Below are positions 7,771 to 17,858 of a DNA stretch of 35,210 bases, in pieces. Position numbers and translations under genes: made by a program. The first letter of the stretch is position 1; each line of letters begins with the position of its first letter. Location: assembly GCA_945860255.1 (NCBI GenBank), contig CAMAQI010000003.1, positions 1 through 35,210 of the forward strand, in the 5' to 3' direction. The stretch comes from Methylacidiphilum caldifontis. Lineage in GTDB: Bacteria; Verrucomicrobiota; Verrucomicrobiia; Methylacidiphilales; CAMAQI01. The notes beneath the pieces were generated by a model, which worked only from the letters and a program-made list of their open reading frames with translations, was not told where the DNA came from and made no database searches.

Positions 7771-10700
7771 GCATTTTTAAAACCAAACCAGAGTCTGCTG
7801 CCTATTTTCTAAATTTCGAAGAAGGAGGCGTTTCATGGAGCACATTTCAATCGGATAAGGCCGTGAAATGTGAATCCAAACCCAACCCCATGCTGGAAAT
7901 TTTAAGGGATGAAGGTTTAGTGGAAAACTCAGGCAGTGGTTACAAAGCTTCTTGGCAAAGCGTCTATACGATTTTACAGCATGATGATGTGAATCCTGGA
8001 GCGCTTGGAATTCCGAGTGTTAGAGATATTGCGCCGACTATAGAAAGCCTAGGCACATTAACAGACAAAGATTTTGGCATATCCATTTCTGATTGGCGAG
8101 AGATTAACGGCTCAACACTAGGAATACTCCAACCGACGGGGGCGGCATTCAAAAAAGGTGAGTGGTGGTTACTTCCTGAAGAAAGTTGGAAGCTAAGAAG
8201 TAAAATACTTGAATTTTGGAAAAGACCAGAAGAACAGAGGACGCACGAATTAAATCGGCAGAACTGGAGTCAAATCCGGCAGATGGCGCTTGCAGCAAAA
8301 GCTGAAATGACAGGCTTTCTTTATAAGTGCATCGTTATTACTCCAGATAAGCTAAAGATTGATCTAAGACGCGGAGATGCTTTAGGCACCAAAGTGATTG
8401 AAGTCATTCCGAGCTTTAACGAATGTCCTGAGAATTGGCTTGATGCGTTTGATAAACAAAACAGCGTACTCGACGAATATGTTTTACCAACTAAAGAGGG
8501 AGTTGTTCAAATTCTCTTAAAGCCAGAGGTAAAATCCGTTCTTAAACAGATAAAGCAGATGCCAGGGCGTAGAGCAGCCAGTCAACGCGCCGAGGCATTT
8601 GTCATAAATCCATTTGCCGCTCTTGGTGAGGATGCAATCAATACTATCGATATTGAAGAGTTCGAACAGGCACGAGCAGCAGCAGGGATGCAATCGGATC
8701 GTTTTTTTGCCTTTGTTGGACACGAAGAAAATTCAAGCACGCTAAAAATCGGCTTGAGGGTTTTGAGGGGAGGGGTGGTCGGAGAAGAAGAGCGTTACGA
8801 GTTTGCTAGTGACGAGCTTTTAAGCAGGTTTATTCAAAGAGCTGAAAAGAATCTGGCCGATGGAATGCAACTGATCGCTTGGGAAGATTTCGAGTTTGAG
8901 ATTTTGGGTGATACGCGCAATGAACTAGAAACAATTAAAGAAGCGCAGAAGTTAAGACAAAATGGAAAGAATATTACGAAGGAATCGGTTTTTAATTTAA
9001 CAAAATACGGCGCTAGAATAATACATATTGGAGAGCAGCCTATAATTTCTTCGCCGCATATACCAAAGCCAGAGAGTGTAAAAATAAGTATAGACATTTA
9101 TGAGTCAACCTCTAACGGTGCCGTTAATACAAGCACTGAAATAAACACTGACGATCTTAAGAATGCAATTGATAAGGCAATAGCGAACGGGGACGAGACG
9201 GTTACAACGTCATGGGGCGAAGTAATATCTATTAGCAAAGCCCAAACACTATTGGTTAAAACAAAGGGGACAGCGCCGGTTCCAACCCCACCGCCACCAC
9301 CAAAACCCATTATTCCTACGCTTGTTATTGGGCAAAACGTAAATGAATTAGAATATTTAGAGAAACGAAAAGAGCTTCTTACTGCAGATAAGAAGAAATT
9401 AGTGCTGCCTACCTCACTGCGGCCTGAGTGTAAGCTACTGGATCACCAGCTTGCGGGAGTAGCTCAAATGCAGCACCTCTATCAACTTGGGCCGCAACAC
9501 GCGCGAGGCGTCATATTGGCAGATGACATGGGTCTTGGAAAAACACTCCAAACGCTGACTTTTATTTCTAGCGTCTTTGAACTCAATAAAGATGCGTCGC
9601 CTGCTTTAATCGTAGCACCTGTATCACTGTTAGAAAACTGGCAGGATGAGATTGAGAAATTTTTTATTAAAGGATCTTTGCCATATTTAACAGCGTATGG
9701 ACAAAACTTATCCAAGTTAAGGGTTCACAAAAGTAGTATTGACGATCAATTGGTGCAGATGGGGCTAATAAAGTTTTTGAAAGATAACTGGATAGGAAGT
9801 GCGAAAATAGTCCTCACCACTTATGAAACGTTAAGGGACTTGGAGTTCTCATTTGCGGCTGAGAAGTGGTCAGTGATGGTTTGCGACGAGGCCCAAAAAA
9901 TTAAAAATCCCAATGCTCTTGTTACAAGGGCCGCGCTAAAACAAAATGTGACGTTCAAAATTGCCTGTACTGGCACGCCAGTTGAAAACAGCTTGGCCGA
10001 TTTATGGTGTCTGTTTGATTTCATCCAGTCTGGATATTTAGGAACGTTAAAAGAATTTGCAAATACCTACAGACGACCAATTGAGGCTGAGTTATCAAAA
10101 GACCAAGAAAAAATTAAAAGAGTAAATGAGCTCAGATCTAAAATTGAACCCCAAATTATCAGAAGAATGAAGCATGATGTTTGCAAGGATTTGCCAATAA
10201 AAATATTTGATAAAAAATGCAAAAACATACCCATGTCGAAATATCAAATAGATCTTTATGTGAAGGCGATAAAGTCATACGATAGAAGAGATGAAGCTGG
10301 TTTTGTTACCCAGTATGATAGCAAATTGAAATTGATTCAGTATCTTCGAGCCGTAAGCATTGATCCAAGGCCGATAGGCACGGAAATAAACTTAACCTTA
10401 AGTATTAAGGATTACTGCAAGCAGACGCCAAAAATGGGATGGCTTCTTGAAACATTGGATTCAGTTAAGAAAAAGAGTCAAAAGGCCATAGTTTTTTGTG
10501 AATTTCGTTCAATTCAAATAGTGTTAAGACACTATATTCACGAAAAATTTGGATTTTCGCCGGACATTATAAACGGCGATACTGAAACATCGACAAGCTC
10601 AGATGACAGTAGAAAAAAACGGATTGATGTTTTCCAACAAAGGCCAGGATTTGGCGTTATAGTTCTAAGTCCTATAGCAGTAGGGTTTGGAGTGAACATT

Positions 10701-11396
10701 CAGGAAGCAAATCACGTCATTCATTATACGAGGCATTGGAATCCAGCCAAAGAAGATCAAGCCACAGATAGAGCTTATCGAATTGGGCAAAAGCAAGACG
10801 TTTATGTTTACACTCCCGTGATGACAGCCGACTTCACGACTTTTGAGCAAAAGCTAGATGCTTTACTGCAATTTAAGCGGGAATTATCTAAGGACATGTT
10901 AAATGGTTGTGGCGATGTTGATCTTGGAGGATTTATTATAAAAGGAATCGCACCAAGAGGGATTGTAAATAATGAAAATGAATATTTTAATCCCGCATCA
11001 CTTCCACGAGTAAAACCATTATATTTCGAAGGATTGATTGCTGCATTGTGGAGAGCAAAAGGTTACGTTTCATATTTGACACCGCAGCATGGTGACTATG
11101 GCGTTGATGTCGTCGCTATTAATGGAAATAGGGGCGCTCTTATTCAATGCAAAACCTCAAAGAAGATAAATAATCGTGAAACATGGGATGCGATAAAGGA
11201 AGTATATACCGGAAAATCGCATTACGAACGAGTGCATAGTGGAGTAACCTTTGAGCTTTTCTGTGTGACAAATAACTATTTTAACGAAAATGCAATGCAC
11301 CACGCAAAACTTAATAATGTCACATTAATAGAGAGACAGATTTTGGAAAACGAATTAAAATTGCATCCAATTTTAGTCGATGACATACCATCATAA
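7767..11396 (+). CDS. zorD: Zorya ZorD (SNF2-family helicase/ATPase with C-terminal Mrr-like nuclease)
   Basis: ILADDMGLGKT, CDEAQKIKN, TGTPVEN, GFGVNIQEANHVIHY and WNPAKEDQATDRAYRIGQ. The C-terminal FEGLIAALW..GY..TP..GDYGVDVVA...LIQCK matches the Mrr_cat pattern. ATGA overlap with zorC. Confidence 0.93.
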   Translation: MSIFKTKPESAAYFLNFEEGGVSWSTFQSDKAVKCESKPNPMLEILRDEGLVENSGSGYKASWQSVYTILQHDDVNPGALGIPSVRDIAPTIESLGTLTDKDFGISISDWREINGSTLGILQPTGAAFKKGEWWLLPEESWKLRSKILEFWKRPEEQRTHELNRQNWSQIRQMALAAKAEMTGFLYKCIVITPDKLKIDLRRGDALGTKVIEVIPSFNECPENWLDAFDKQNSVLDEYVLPTKEGVVQILLKPEVKSVLKQIKQMPGRRAASQRAEAFVINPFAALGEDAINTIDIEEFEQARAAAGMQSDRFFAFVGHEENSSTLKIGLRVLRGGVVGEEERYEFASDELLSRFIQRAEKNLADGMQLIAWEDFEFEILGDTRNELETIKEAQKLRQNGKNITKESVFNLTKYGARIIHIGEQPIISSPHIPKPESVKISIDIYESTSNGAVNTSTEINTDDLKNAIDKAIANGDETVTTSWGEVISISKAQTLLVKTKGTAPVPTPPPPPKPIIPTLVIGQNVNELEYLEKRKELLTADKKKLVLPTSLRPECKLLDHQLAGVAQMQHLYQLGPQHARGVILADDMGLGKTLQTLTFISSVFELNKDASPALIVAPVSLLENWQDEIEKFFIKGSLPYLTAYGQNLSKLRVHKSSIDDQLVQMGLIKFLKDNWIGSAKIVLTTYETLRDLEFSFAAEKWSVMVCDEAQKIKNPNALVTRAALKQNVTFKIACTGTPVENSLADLWCLFDFIQSGYLGTLKEFANTYRRPIEAELSKDQEKIKRVNELRSKIEPQIIRRMKHDVCKDLPIKIFDKKCKNIPMSKYQIDLYVKAIKSYDRRDEAGFVTQYDSKLKLIQYLRAVSIDPRPIGTEINLTLSIKDYCKQTPKMGWLLETLDSVKKKSQKAIVFCEFRSIQIVLRHYIHEKFGFSPDIINGDTETSTSSDDSRKKRIDVFQQRPGFGVIVLSPIAVGFGVNIQEANHVIHYTRHWNPAKEDQATDRAYRIGQKQDVYVYTPVMTADFTTFEQKLDALLQFKRELSKDMLNGCGDVDLGGFIIKGIAPRGIVNNENEYFNPASLPRVKPLYFEGLIAALWRAKGYVSYLTPQHGDYGVDVVAINGNRGALIQCKTSKKINNRETWDAIKEVYTGKSHYERVHSGVTFELFCVTNNYFNENAMHHAKLNNVTLIERQILENELKLHPILVDDIPS

Positions 11397-11583
11397 TTAA
11401 ACACTGCTTTTAAATATTTTAGCATTTTAAAAATCGGCAGCTGTGGATTGGGGGGGCCGTGGATACGTGCATAATCGGGGCCTATGGAAGATCTCAAGTA
11501 AGCGTCACTGCAAGCATTTAAAGAGGTTTCGAAGTTGCTGGCTCCTTAAGTCAAAAGTCAAAATTCATAAATATTGCTCTCAT

Positions 11584-11612
11584 TTGACAATATTATTGGC
11601 AAGTGTTATTTT
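11584..11612 (+). promoter_or_regulatory. Sigma70-type promoter of the ACIII operon with an overlapping palindrome
   Basis: TTGACA (11584-11589), a 17-bp spacer ending in TGt, then TATTTT (11607-11612). Palindrome TTGaCAATA-t-TATTGgCAA (11584-11602). Confidence 0.6.
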
Positions 11613-11751
11613 GCTATTTTTTAGCGCATTTTTGTGGAAAAAAGGTTGCCATAATCGATTGGGTTGCTTAAACAAAAGGGGCTCATGAGTTATTCGCAAT
11701 ATCAAATTTCGTATTCCTTCATCGGAAAAGCTTTCATCAAGGGGTTGCTCC

Positions 11752-12411
11752 ATGGCTAATCTATTTCCTAAAGAATCAAATATTGTTCCAATCAAAATTA
11801 TCCTCTGTAAGGTCATCACGGTGATCGTCATTATTTTAGGGATTACTTACTATTTCACTCCAAAGTACACCCGAGTCGGTTATAAGCCTACTCAACCGGT
11901 GGCTTTTGATCACTCTCTTCACGCCGGACAACTCGGATTGGATTGTCGTTATTGTCATAGCTTTGGAACCGTAAGCTCTCATTCTAATGTTCCGACGACT
12001 CAAACCTGTATGAATTGTCACCGTCAGGTGAAATCAAACAGTCCTAAACTCGCCCCACTTCGTGAAAGCTGGGAGACCGGAAAGCCGATGAAATGGATCA
12101 AAATCCATCAAGCACCTGATTATGTCTATTTCAATCACTCCGCTCACTTAAATCGTGGAATTAGCTGCGCAAGCTGTCACGGGAAGGTCAATGAGATGGA
12201 GGTTGTTTGGCATGATAAGCCACACAGTATGGGTTGGTGTTTAGAGTGTCATCGGAATCCTGAATTTCATATTCGACCACAAGAAGAGGTCTTTAATTTA
12301 GATTGGAAAGCCGGAGACGGCAGTACCAAAGCCCAAGTTGCACAAGGCCGTGAACTTGTCAAAAAGTGGGATGTCAATCCTCCTCAAAACTGTCAAGCCT
12401 GTCACCGCTAA
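11752..12411 (+). CDS. actA: Alternative complex III pentaheme cytochrome c subunit ActA
   Basis: One N-terminal TM, five CxxCH motifs (CRYCH, CMNCH, CASCH, CLECH, CQACH), plus QPVAFDH and PDYVYFNHSAH. Confidence 0.95.
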   Translation: MANLFPKESNIVPIKIILCKVITVIVIILGITYYFTPKYTRVGYKPTQPVAFDHSLHAGQLGLDCRYCHSFGTVSSHSNVPTTQTCMNCHRQVKSNSPKLAPLRESWETGKPMKWIKIHQAPDYVYFNHSAHLNRGISCASCHGKVNEMEVVWHDKPHSMGWCLECHRNPEFHIRPQEEVFNLDWKAGDGSTKAQVAQGRELVKKWDVNPPQNCQACHR

Positions 12412-12435
12412 ATCAATTTAAAGAGGTTCCTGATC

Positions 12436-15400
12436 ATGAAACGCAAGTGGCAACATCCAGAAAACACACAGAACGGCAAGCAATACTGGCGCAGCTTAGA
12501 TGAGCTCGCCGGAACGCCTGCGTTTAGCAAATGGCTCCAACGCGAATTTCCCGCAGGGGCCGATGAACTCGAGCTCGATGCCGTCAGCCGCCGTAGTTTT
12601 CTCCGTCTCATGGGAGGATCGCTCGCCCTTGCCGGACTCGGAATGACCGGCTGCCGTCGTCCCGAAGGTTACATTGTCCCTTTCACCAACTCTCCAGAAT
12701 GGATGGTTCCTGGAAAAACAACGCTTTACTCAACCGCAATGCCTCGCCGTCGCGGTGCCGTTTCTTTACATGCCACGACTTATGAAGGTCGCCCGACAAA
12801 GCTAGATGGAAATCCGTTACTAAACAACGGTCTCTCGGATTCCCATGTTCAAGCAGCGATTCTTGATCTTTATGACCCAGACCGCACTCGTTCCTTTAAA
12901 AAAGGGACCAAGAAAGTTGATCTCGCTGCTTTTGCTGCTTTTATTGAAGAGGTTTCGAAAAACTACGCAGCAACTCAAGGAGAAGGACTCGCTTTCCTCA
13001 CGGAATCATCGACTTCGCCAACGCTCCAACGTCTCCGTGCCGAATTTAAATCCAAATTCCCTAAGGCGCTTATCTCAGCCTACGAAGCGATTTCGACCGA
13101 TTCAGAGCTGAAAGCGACGGAGATTGCCTTTGGTCAACGTCTTCAACTGCTTCCTCAGTTTGATAAAGCCGATGTCATCCTTTCTCTCGACTGCGATTTT
13201 TGTGCAACCGATGAAGGGGGAATTGGGGCGATTAAAGGATTTGCCTCCCGTCGTCGTGTCCGTAAATCGGGCGACACCATGAATCGTCTTTATGTCGCTG
13301 AAAGCCGAATCACCAGCACCGGAGGAATGGCCGACCATCGGCTCCGTCTCAAAGCATCACAACAGCCAGCTTTCCTCGCTTTAGTGGCGAAAGAGATGTC
13401 CGCTAACGGAGCTGGAGCTGATCTCACGACGCTTGCAAATAACGTTTCTGGATCAGTCACCTTCACAGAGGTTCAACTCCGTTGGGCGCGTGAAACTGCG
13501 ATTGATTTAATTAAGTACGGGAAGGGAATGGTCGTTGTCGGAAGTCAACAACCGGTTGCCGTTCATTTGCTGGCGATTGCAATCAATCAAGCTTTAGGGG
13601 CTTATCGCAACGAAGTGATTCGAGTCACGGCTCCTGTTCAAATTCCAGCCGCTCCTTTTTCTGAGCTCGTCACGGCAGTCAAAGCTGGATCGGTCAAAAC
13701 GCTTTTCATTATTGGTGGAAACCCGGTTTACAATACCCCGGCGGATATTGCCTGGGCTGATTTACAAAAATCAGTTGAGCAAGTGGTTCGTGTCGGTTCT
13801 TATGAAGATGAGACGACTTCCGTTAAATCGGATTGGACGATCCCTCTCGCTCATTTCCTTGAAACTTGGGGAGATGCTCGTGCGGTTGATGGAACCTACC
13901 TTGCCCTCCAGCCGATGATTCTCCCGCTTTTCGGTGCGGTTTCAGAGCTTCAAATTTTTGCCGCGCTTTTGGGTGAAAAAGAGTGTCTCATGCCCCTCCC
14001 GGTCGTTGCCCCTGCGAAAGTCGCAACTCCGACGGTCCCTGGTCAGGCGAGCAATCTTCCGATCCCTCCCGAGTTGACGGTGGTTCAAAAAACCTTTGTC
14101 GAAGTCACGAAAGCAAACAACTGGAATAAGCTCCTTCATGACGGTTTCTGGGCCGGTTCTGCTTTTGCAAATGTTGCGGTCGCTTATCGCTCCGCAGCCG
14201 TCGTCGAGTCGGTGAAGCAAAATTTCCCAAGCTATCAAGAAGGGCTTGAAGTCACATTCTTTGCTTGTCCTAAAATTGATGACGGTCGCTATGCGAACAA
14301 CGGATGGCTCCAAGAGTTGCCCGATGTTCAATCGAAGTTGACTTGGGATAACGCTGCTTACGTCAGCTATACCACCGCTCGCAAACTGGGATTAAGAATT
14401 GCAGAGATCAAACCGATCACAATTGCTTTAGACCCCGCCGAGGTCAAACGTCGCGAAGAGAATCCGACTTTGGAACTTGATGGCGATGATGCCGATGTCG
14501 TGATCATTGAGGTTGAGGGACGCTCGATCGAGATTCCGGTTTATGTGATGCCTGGTCAAGCCGATGATTCGATTGCGATTGCGCTCGGATACGGAAGATC
14601 CTTTAACGGTTATGTCGGAAACAAAGTCGGGTCAAATGCCTTTGCGATTCGAACCTCCACAAATTTATTTGTCGCTCAGAACGTTAAAATCAGTCGTGCG
14701 AACAAAGATTTTAGACTCGCGCAAACCCAACACCATTTCAGCATGGAAGGGCGTGCGATTGTTCGTGAGTTGACCTTGGAAGAGTTTAATAAGAACGCTG
14801 GCATCGTGAAGATCATGGGCATCGATGGTCACCAACCTGCAGATATGGCCTCTCTCTATGAGACTCAAATGGGTACGGGACATCGTCCGCAGCTCACCGA
14901 TCCTCATCAATGGGGAATGGTCATTGATCTAACAACCTGCGTCGGCTGTAACGCTTGCGTCGTTGCTTGTCAAAGTGAGAACAACATTCCGATCGTCGGA
15001 AAGAGTCAAGTCGGACGCGGTCGGTCGATGCATTGGATGCGAATCGATCGTTACTACTCTGAATCCCCTACCGATCCACAGATGGCGGTTCAACCGATGC
15101 TCTGTCAGCATTGCGAAAATGCGCCGTGCGAAACGGTTTGTCCAGTGAATGCAACCGTTCACAGTGAGGATGGATTAAATGTGATGGCTTATAACCGTTG
15201 TATCGGAACTCGATATTGCGCCAATAACTGTCCTTATAAAGTCCGTCGTTTTAATTTTTTCGATTACAATAAACGTAAAGTCAACAAGTCACATAAGTTG
15301 CTTGGATTTGAGGTCGGCAATCTTTACTTTGGACCGTTCGGCGAGCAAAATGATGACAAGGTGGCGGAGATGCAAAAGAATCCGAATGTCACGGTTCGTA

Positions 15401-15819
15401 TGCGCGGTGTCATGGAGAAGTGTACTTTTTGTATCCAACGCGTTGAAGAGGCGAAGATCAATGCTCTCCGACTTTCGAAAAATACGGAAAAGCAGAAAGT
15501 GGCAACCGACTCCTTTAAATCGGCCTGTCAACAAGCTTGTCCTGCAGAGGCGATTGTTTTCGGAGATATTGCAAATCCAGAAAGTGCCGTGACCAAGCTT
15601 CGTGCATTGGAGCAAAATTACGGCGTTCTTTCCTATCTTGGAACTCGGCCTCGTGTGACTTACTTGGCACGCGTTCGAAATCCAAATCCGTTACTCCCCG
15701 ATGACTATGAAAAAGTTGGGCTCAAGAGTGATTGGGATAAACAAAGTCACCTCGGCGGACATGGAGATGGCCATGGCGAGGAACACGGAGCTCATAAAAG
15801 TGAGTCCGGACACCACTAA
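12436..15819 (+). CDS. actB: Alternative complex III subunit ActB (molybdopterin-oxidoreductase-like domain fused to an Fe-S domain)
   Basis: YWRSLDEL leader and Tat/lipoprotein signal SRRSFLRLMG...GC. Fe-S motifs CVGCNACVVAC, CQHCENAPCETVC, CIGTRYCANNC and KCTFC..ACQQAC. Confidence 0.96.
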   Translation: MKRKWQHPENTQNGKQYWRSLDELAGTPAFSKWLQREFPAGADELELDAVSRRSFLRLMGGSLALAGLGMTGCRRPEGYIVPFTNSPEWMVPGKTTLYSTAMPRRRGAVSLHATTYEGRPTKLDGNPLLNNGLSDSHVQAAILDLYDPDRTRSFKKGTKKVDLAAFAAFIEEVSKNYAATQGEGLAFLTESSTSPTLQRLRAEFKSKFPKALISAYEAISTDSELKATEIAFGQRLQLLPQFDKADVILSLDCDFCATDEGGIGAIKGFASRRRVRKSGDTMNRLYVAESRITSTGGMADHRLRLKASQQPAFLALVAKEMSANGAGADLTTLANNVSGSVTFTEVQLRWARETAIDLIKYGKGMVVVGSQQPVAVHLLAIAINQALGAYRNEVIRVTAPVQIPAAPFSELVTAVKAGSVKTLFIIGGNPVYNTPADIAWADLQKSVEQVVRVGSYEDETTSVKSDWTIPLAHFLETWGDARAVDGTYLALQPMILPLFGAVSELQIFAALLGEKECLMPLPVVAPAKVATPTVPGQASNLPIPPELTVVQKTFVEVTKANNWNKLLHDGFWAGSAFANVAVAYRSAAVVESVKQNFPSYQEGLEVTFFACPKIDDGRYANNGWLQELPDVQSKLTWDNAAYVSYTTARKLGLRIAEIKPITIALDPAEVKRREENPTLELDGDDADVVIIEVEGRSIEIPVYVMPGQADDSIAIALGYGRSFNGYVGNKVGSNAFAIRTSTNLFVAQNVKISRANKDFRLAQTQHHFSMEGRAIVRELTLEEFNKNAGIVKIMGIDGHQPADMASLYETQMGTGHRPQLTDPHQWGMVIDLTTCVGCNACVVACQSENNIPIVGKSQVGRGRSMHWMRIDRYYSESPTDPQMAVQPMLCQHCENAPCETVCPVNATVHSEDGLNVMAYNRCIGTRYCANNCPYKVRRFNFFDYNKRKVNKSHKLLGFEVGNLYFGPFGEQNDDKVAEMQKNPNVTVRMRGVMEKCTFCIQRVEEAKINALRLSKNTEKQKVATDSFKSACQQACPAEAIVFGDIANPESAVTKLRALEQNYGVLSYLGTRPRVTYLARVRNPNPLLPDDYEKVGLKSDWDKQSHLGGHGDGHGEEHGAHKSESGHH

Positions 15820-15838
15820 AGCACAAGGGTAAACAATT

Positions 15839-17278
15839 ATGGCGCATGGCACGACATCAGTGAACGCGAATAGCCCCGACTACATCGCCGCGGCGAAGCA
15901 GGTCGAACGTCCTCCTCTCGTAGGGAATGGTCGTGGCTTTCATTGGATCACCGAAAAAATTTGTTCAATCATCGAGGGGGATACTCCTCGTTGGTGGTGG
16001 ATCGCTTTTTTCATCACGGGAGCTATTTCACTCCTCGTTCCGATTAGTTTGATTTATCTTGTCTCCACTGGAATTGGAACTTGGGGGTTAAATCATCCCG
16101 TCGGTTGGGCTTGGGATATTACGAACTTCGTTTTTTGGATCGGTATTGGACACGCTGGAACGTTGATTTCTGCGATTCTCTTTTTAACTCGTCAAAAATG
16201 GCGTACCTCCATTAATCGTGCCGCTGAAGCGATGACTCTTTTTGCGGTGGTCTGTGCTGGTATCTTTCCGGCCTTTCACGTTGGACGGGTCTGGTTTGCC
16301 TGGTTTTTAGCTCCCGTTCCTCAAGCGAATGCGATTTGGCCGAACTTCCGAAGTCCGTTGCTCTGGGACGTTTTTGCGGTCTCGACCTACTTCACGGTTT
16401 CAGTTCTTTTCTGGTACACTGGTTTGATTCCTGATTTCGCAACCTTACGGGATCGTGAAGTCAAGGTTTGGAAAAAGAAGCTTTATCATATTCTCTCCTT
16501 CGGCTGGCGCTCCTCCAATCGTCAGTGGAAGCATTATGAAATGGCTTATCTTTGTCTCGCCGGTTTAAGCACTCCGTTGGTGCTTTCGGTTCACTCGATC
16601 GTTTCCTTTGACTTTGCGACTTCTGTCATTCCTGGTTGGCATACGACGATTTTCCCTCCTTACTTTGTGGCAGGAGCGATCTTCGGAGGATTTGCGATGG
16701 TGTTGACGGTGATGCTTCCATTCCGAGCGATTTTCGGATTAGAGGATTTGATCACGGAAAAGCATATCGACAATATGTGTAAGATCATTTTGCTGACGGG
16801 ATCGATCGTTGGTTATGCCTATTTAATGGAACTTTTCATTGCGTGGTATAGTGGAAATCCGTACGAGAAATATGCATTCTGGAATCGTGCGTTAGGACCT
16901 TATTGGTGGTCTTATTGGGGGATGATGATTTGTAACGTCCTGATTCCTCAGCTTTTCTGGGTGAACAAATTCCGTAAAAATGTAGTCGCGGTTTGGATTA
17001 TCGTTTGGGGACCGAATATCGGGATGTGGTACGAGCGTTTCGTGATCATCGTGACCTCGATTCATCGCGATTTCCTTCCCTCCTCATGGGGAATGTTTAA
17101 GCCTGAATTGAATGACATCACTCTCTTTGTCGGAACTTGTGGGTTATTTACTTGGTTGTTTTTGGTCTTTATCCGATTCCTCCCAGTGATTGCGATTGCT
17201 GAAGTGAAAGGGGTGATTCCTGAAGCGGATCCCCACTTCCATGGAAAAGAGGATCCTAAGGGAGGTCATCATGTCTAA
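15839..17278 (+). CDS. actC: Alternative complex III NrfD-like quinol-binding subunit ActC
   Basis: [48 protein letters not shown] and [15 protein letters not shown]. Confidence 0.96.
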   Translation: MAHGTTSVNANSPDYIAAAKQVERPPLVGNGRGFHWITEKICSIIEGDTPRWWWIAFFITGAISLLVPISLIYLVSTGIGTWGLNHPVGWAWDITNFVFWIGIGHAGTLISAILFLTRQKWRTSINRAAEAMTLFAVVCAGIFPAFHVGRVWFAWFLAPVPQANAIWPNFRSPLLWDVFAVSTYFTVSVLFWYTGLIPDFATLRDREVKVWKKKLYHILSFGWRSSNRQWKHYEMAYLCLAGLSTPLVLSVHSIVSFDFATSVIPGWHTTIFPPYFVAGAIFGGFAMVLTVMLPFRAIFGLEDLITEKHIDNMCKIILLTGSIVGYAYLMELFIAWYSGNPYEKYAFWNRALGPYWWSYWGMMICNVLIPQLFWVNKFRKNVVAVWIIVWGPNIGMWYERFVIIVTSIHRDFLPSSWGMFKPELNDITLFVGTCGLFTWLFLVFIRFLPVIAIAEVKGVIPEADPHFHGKEDPKGGHHV

Positions 17279-17858
17279 TGCACCTGTTTATGGCGTGGGA
17301 GCTGAATTTAAATCGGCGACGGAACTTTATCATGCGGCGGAGGTCGTACGGGATAAAGGATTCAAATGGTGGGATACCTATTCTCCTTATCCGATCCACG
17401 GAATGGAAATTGCCATGGGGACTGGGAAATCATGGGTCTCGACCTTTGTTCTTTGCGGAGGAATGATGGGGTTTACACTCGGAATTTCTTTAGAGTCATT
17501 GACATCAATTCCTCGTCCTGAGTTCCTTAAAGATATTCAAAGCGGTTGGTTGCTCGATCTTTTTTATCCATTGATCGTTCATGGAAAACCGTATTGGGCC
17601 TTACCTGCTTTTTTTCCAGTGATGTTTGAGCTGACCATTTTGCTCTCGGCTTTTGGAGCAATTCTCGGAATGTTGATTTGCAATATCTTACCTCGATTGA
17701 ACCATCCGGTTTTTAATTGGGAGCTTTTCTGCAAAAGGGCGAGCGATGACAGCTTCTTTTTGATCATTGAAGCGGCCGATCCTCTTTATGCAGAAGAAGA
17801 GACGAAGAAGCTATTGGAAGAACTGGGTGGAACCCAAATTACGGTGATTTCAAAATGA
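17271..17858 (+). CDS. actD: Alternative complex III subunit ActD (DUF3341)
   Basis: [20 protein letters not shown] and [11 protein letters not shown]. Start moved to ATG 17271 because of GGAGG at 17261-17265. Confidence 0.93.
   Translation: MSNAPVYGVGAEFKSATELYHAAEVVRDKGFKWWDTYSPYPIHGMEIAMGTGKSWVSTFVLCGGMMGFTLGISLESLTSIPRPEFLKDIQSGWLLDLFYPLIVHGKPYWALPAFFPVMFELTILLSAFGAILGMLICNILPRLNHPVFNWELFCKRASDDSFFLIIEAADPLYAEEETKKLLEELGGTQITVISK

Noticed and set aside
3085-11562. Imperfect direct repeat flanking Zorya: CTTAAGccgAAAGTtAAA (3085-3102) vs CTTAAGtcaAAAGTcAAA (11545-11562), as possible att sites
   Set aside because: Only 15 of 18 positions match in AT-rich spacers, which is plausible by chance, and there is no integrase or tRNA. 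An empty-site genome would be needed to support it.
11396-11752. Functional link between the ion-driven ZorAB motor and the adjacent proton-motive ACIII operon
   Set aside because: ACIII has its own promoter and different composition, so the adjacency is most simply an insertion site. ORFs 11443-11688 and 11580-11831 overlap this promoter and look spurious.
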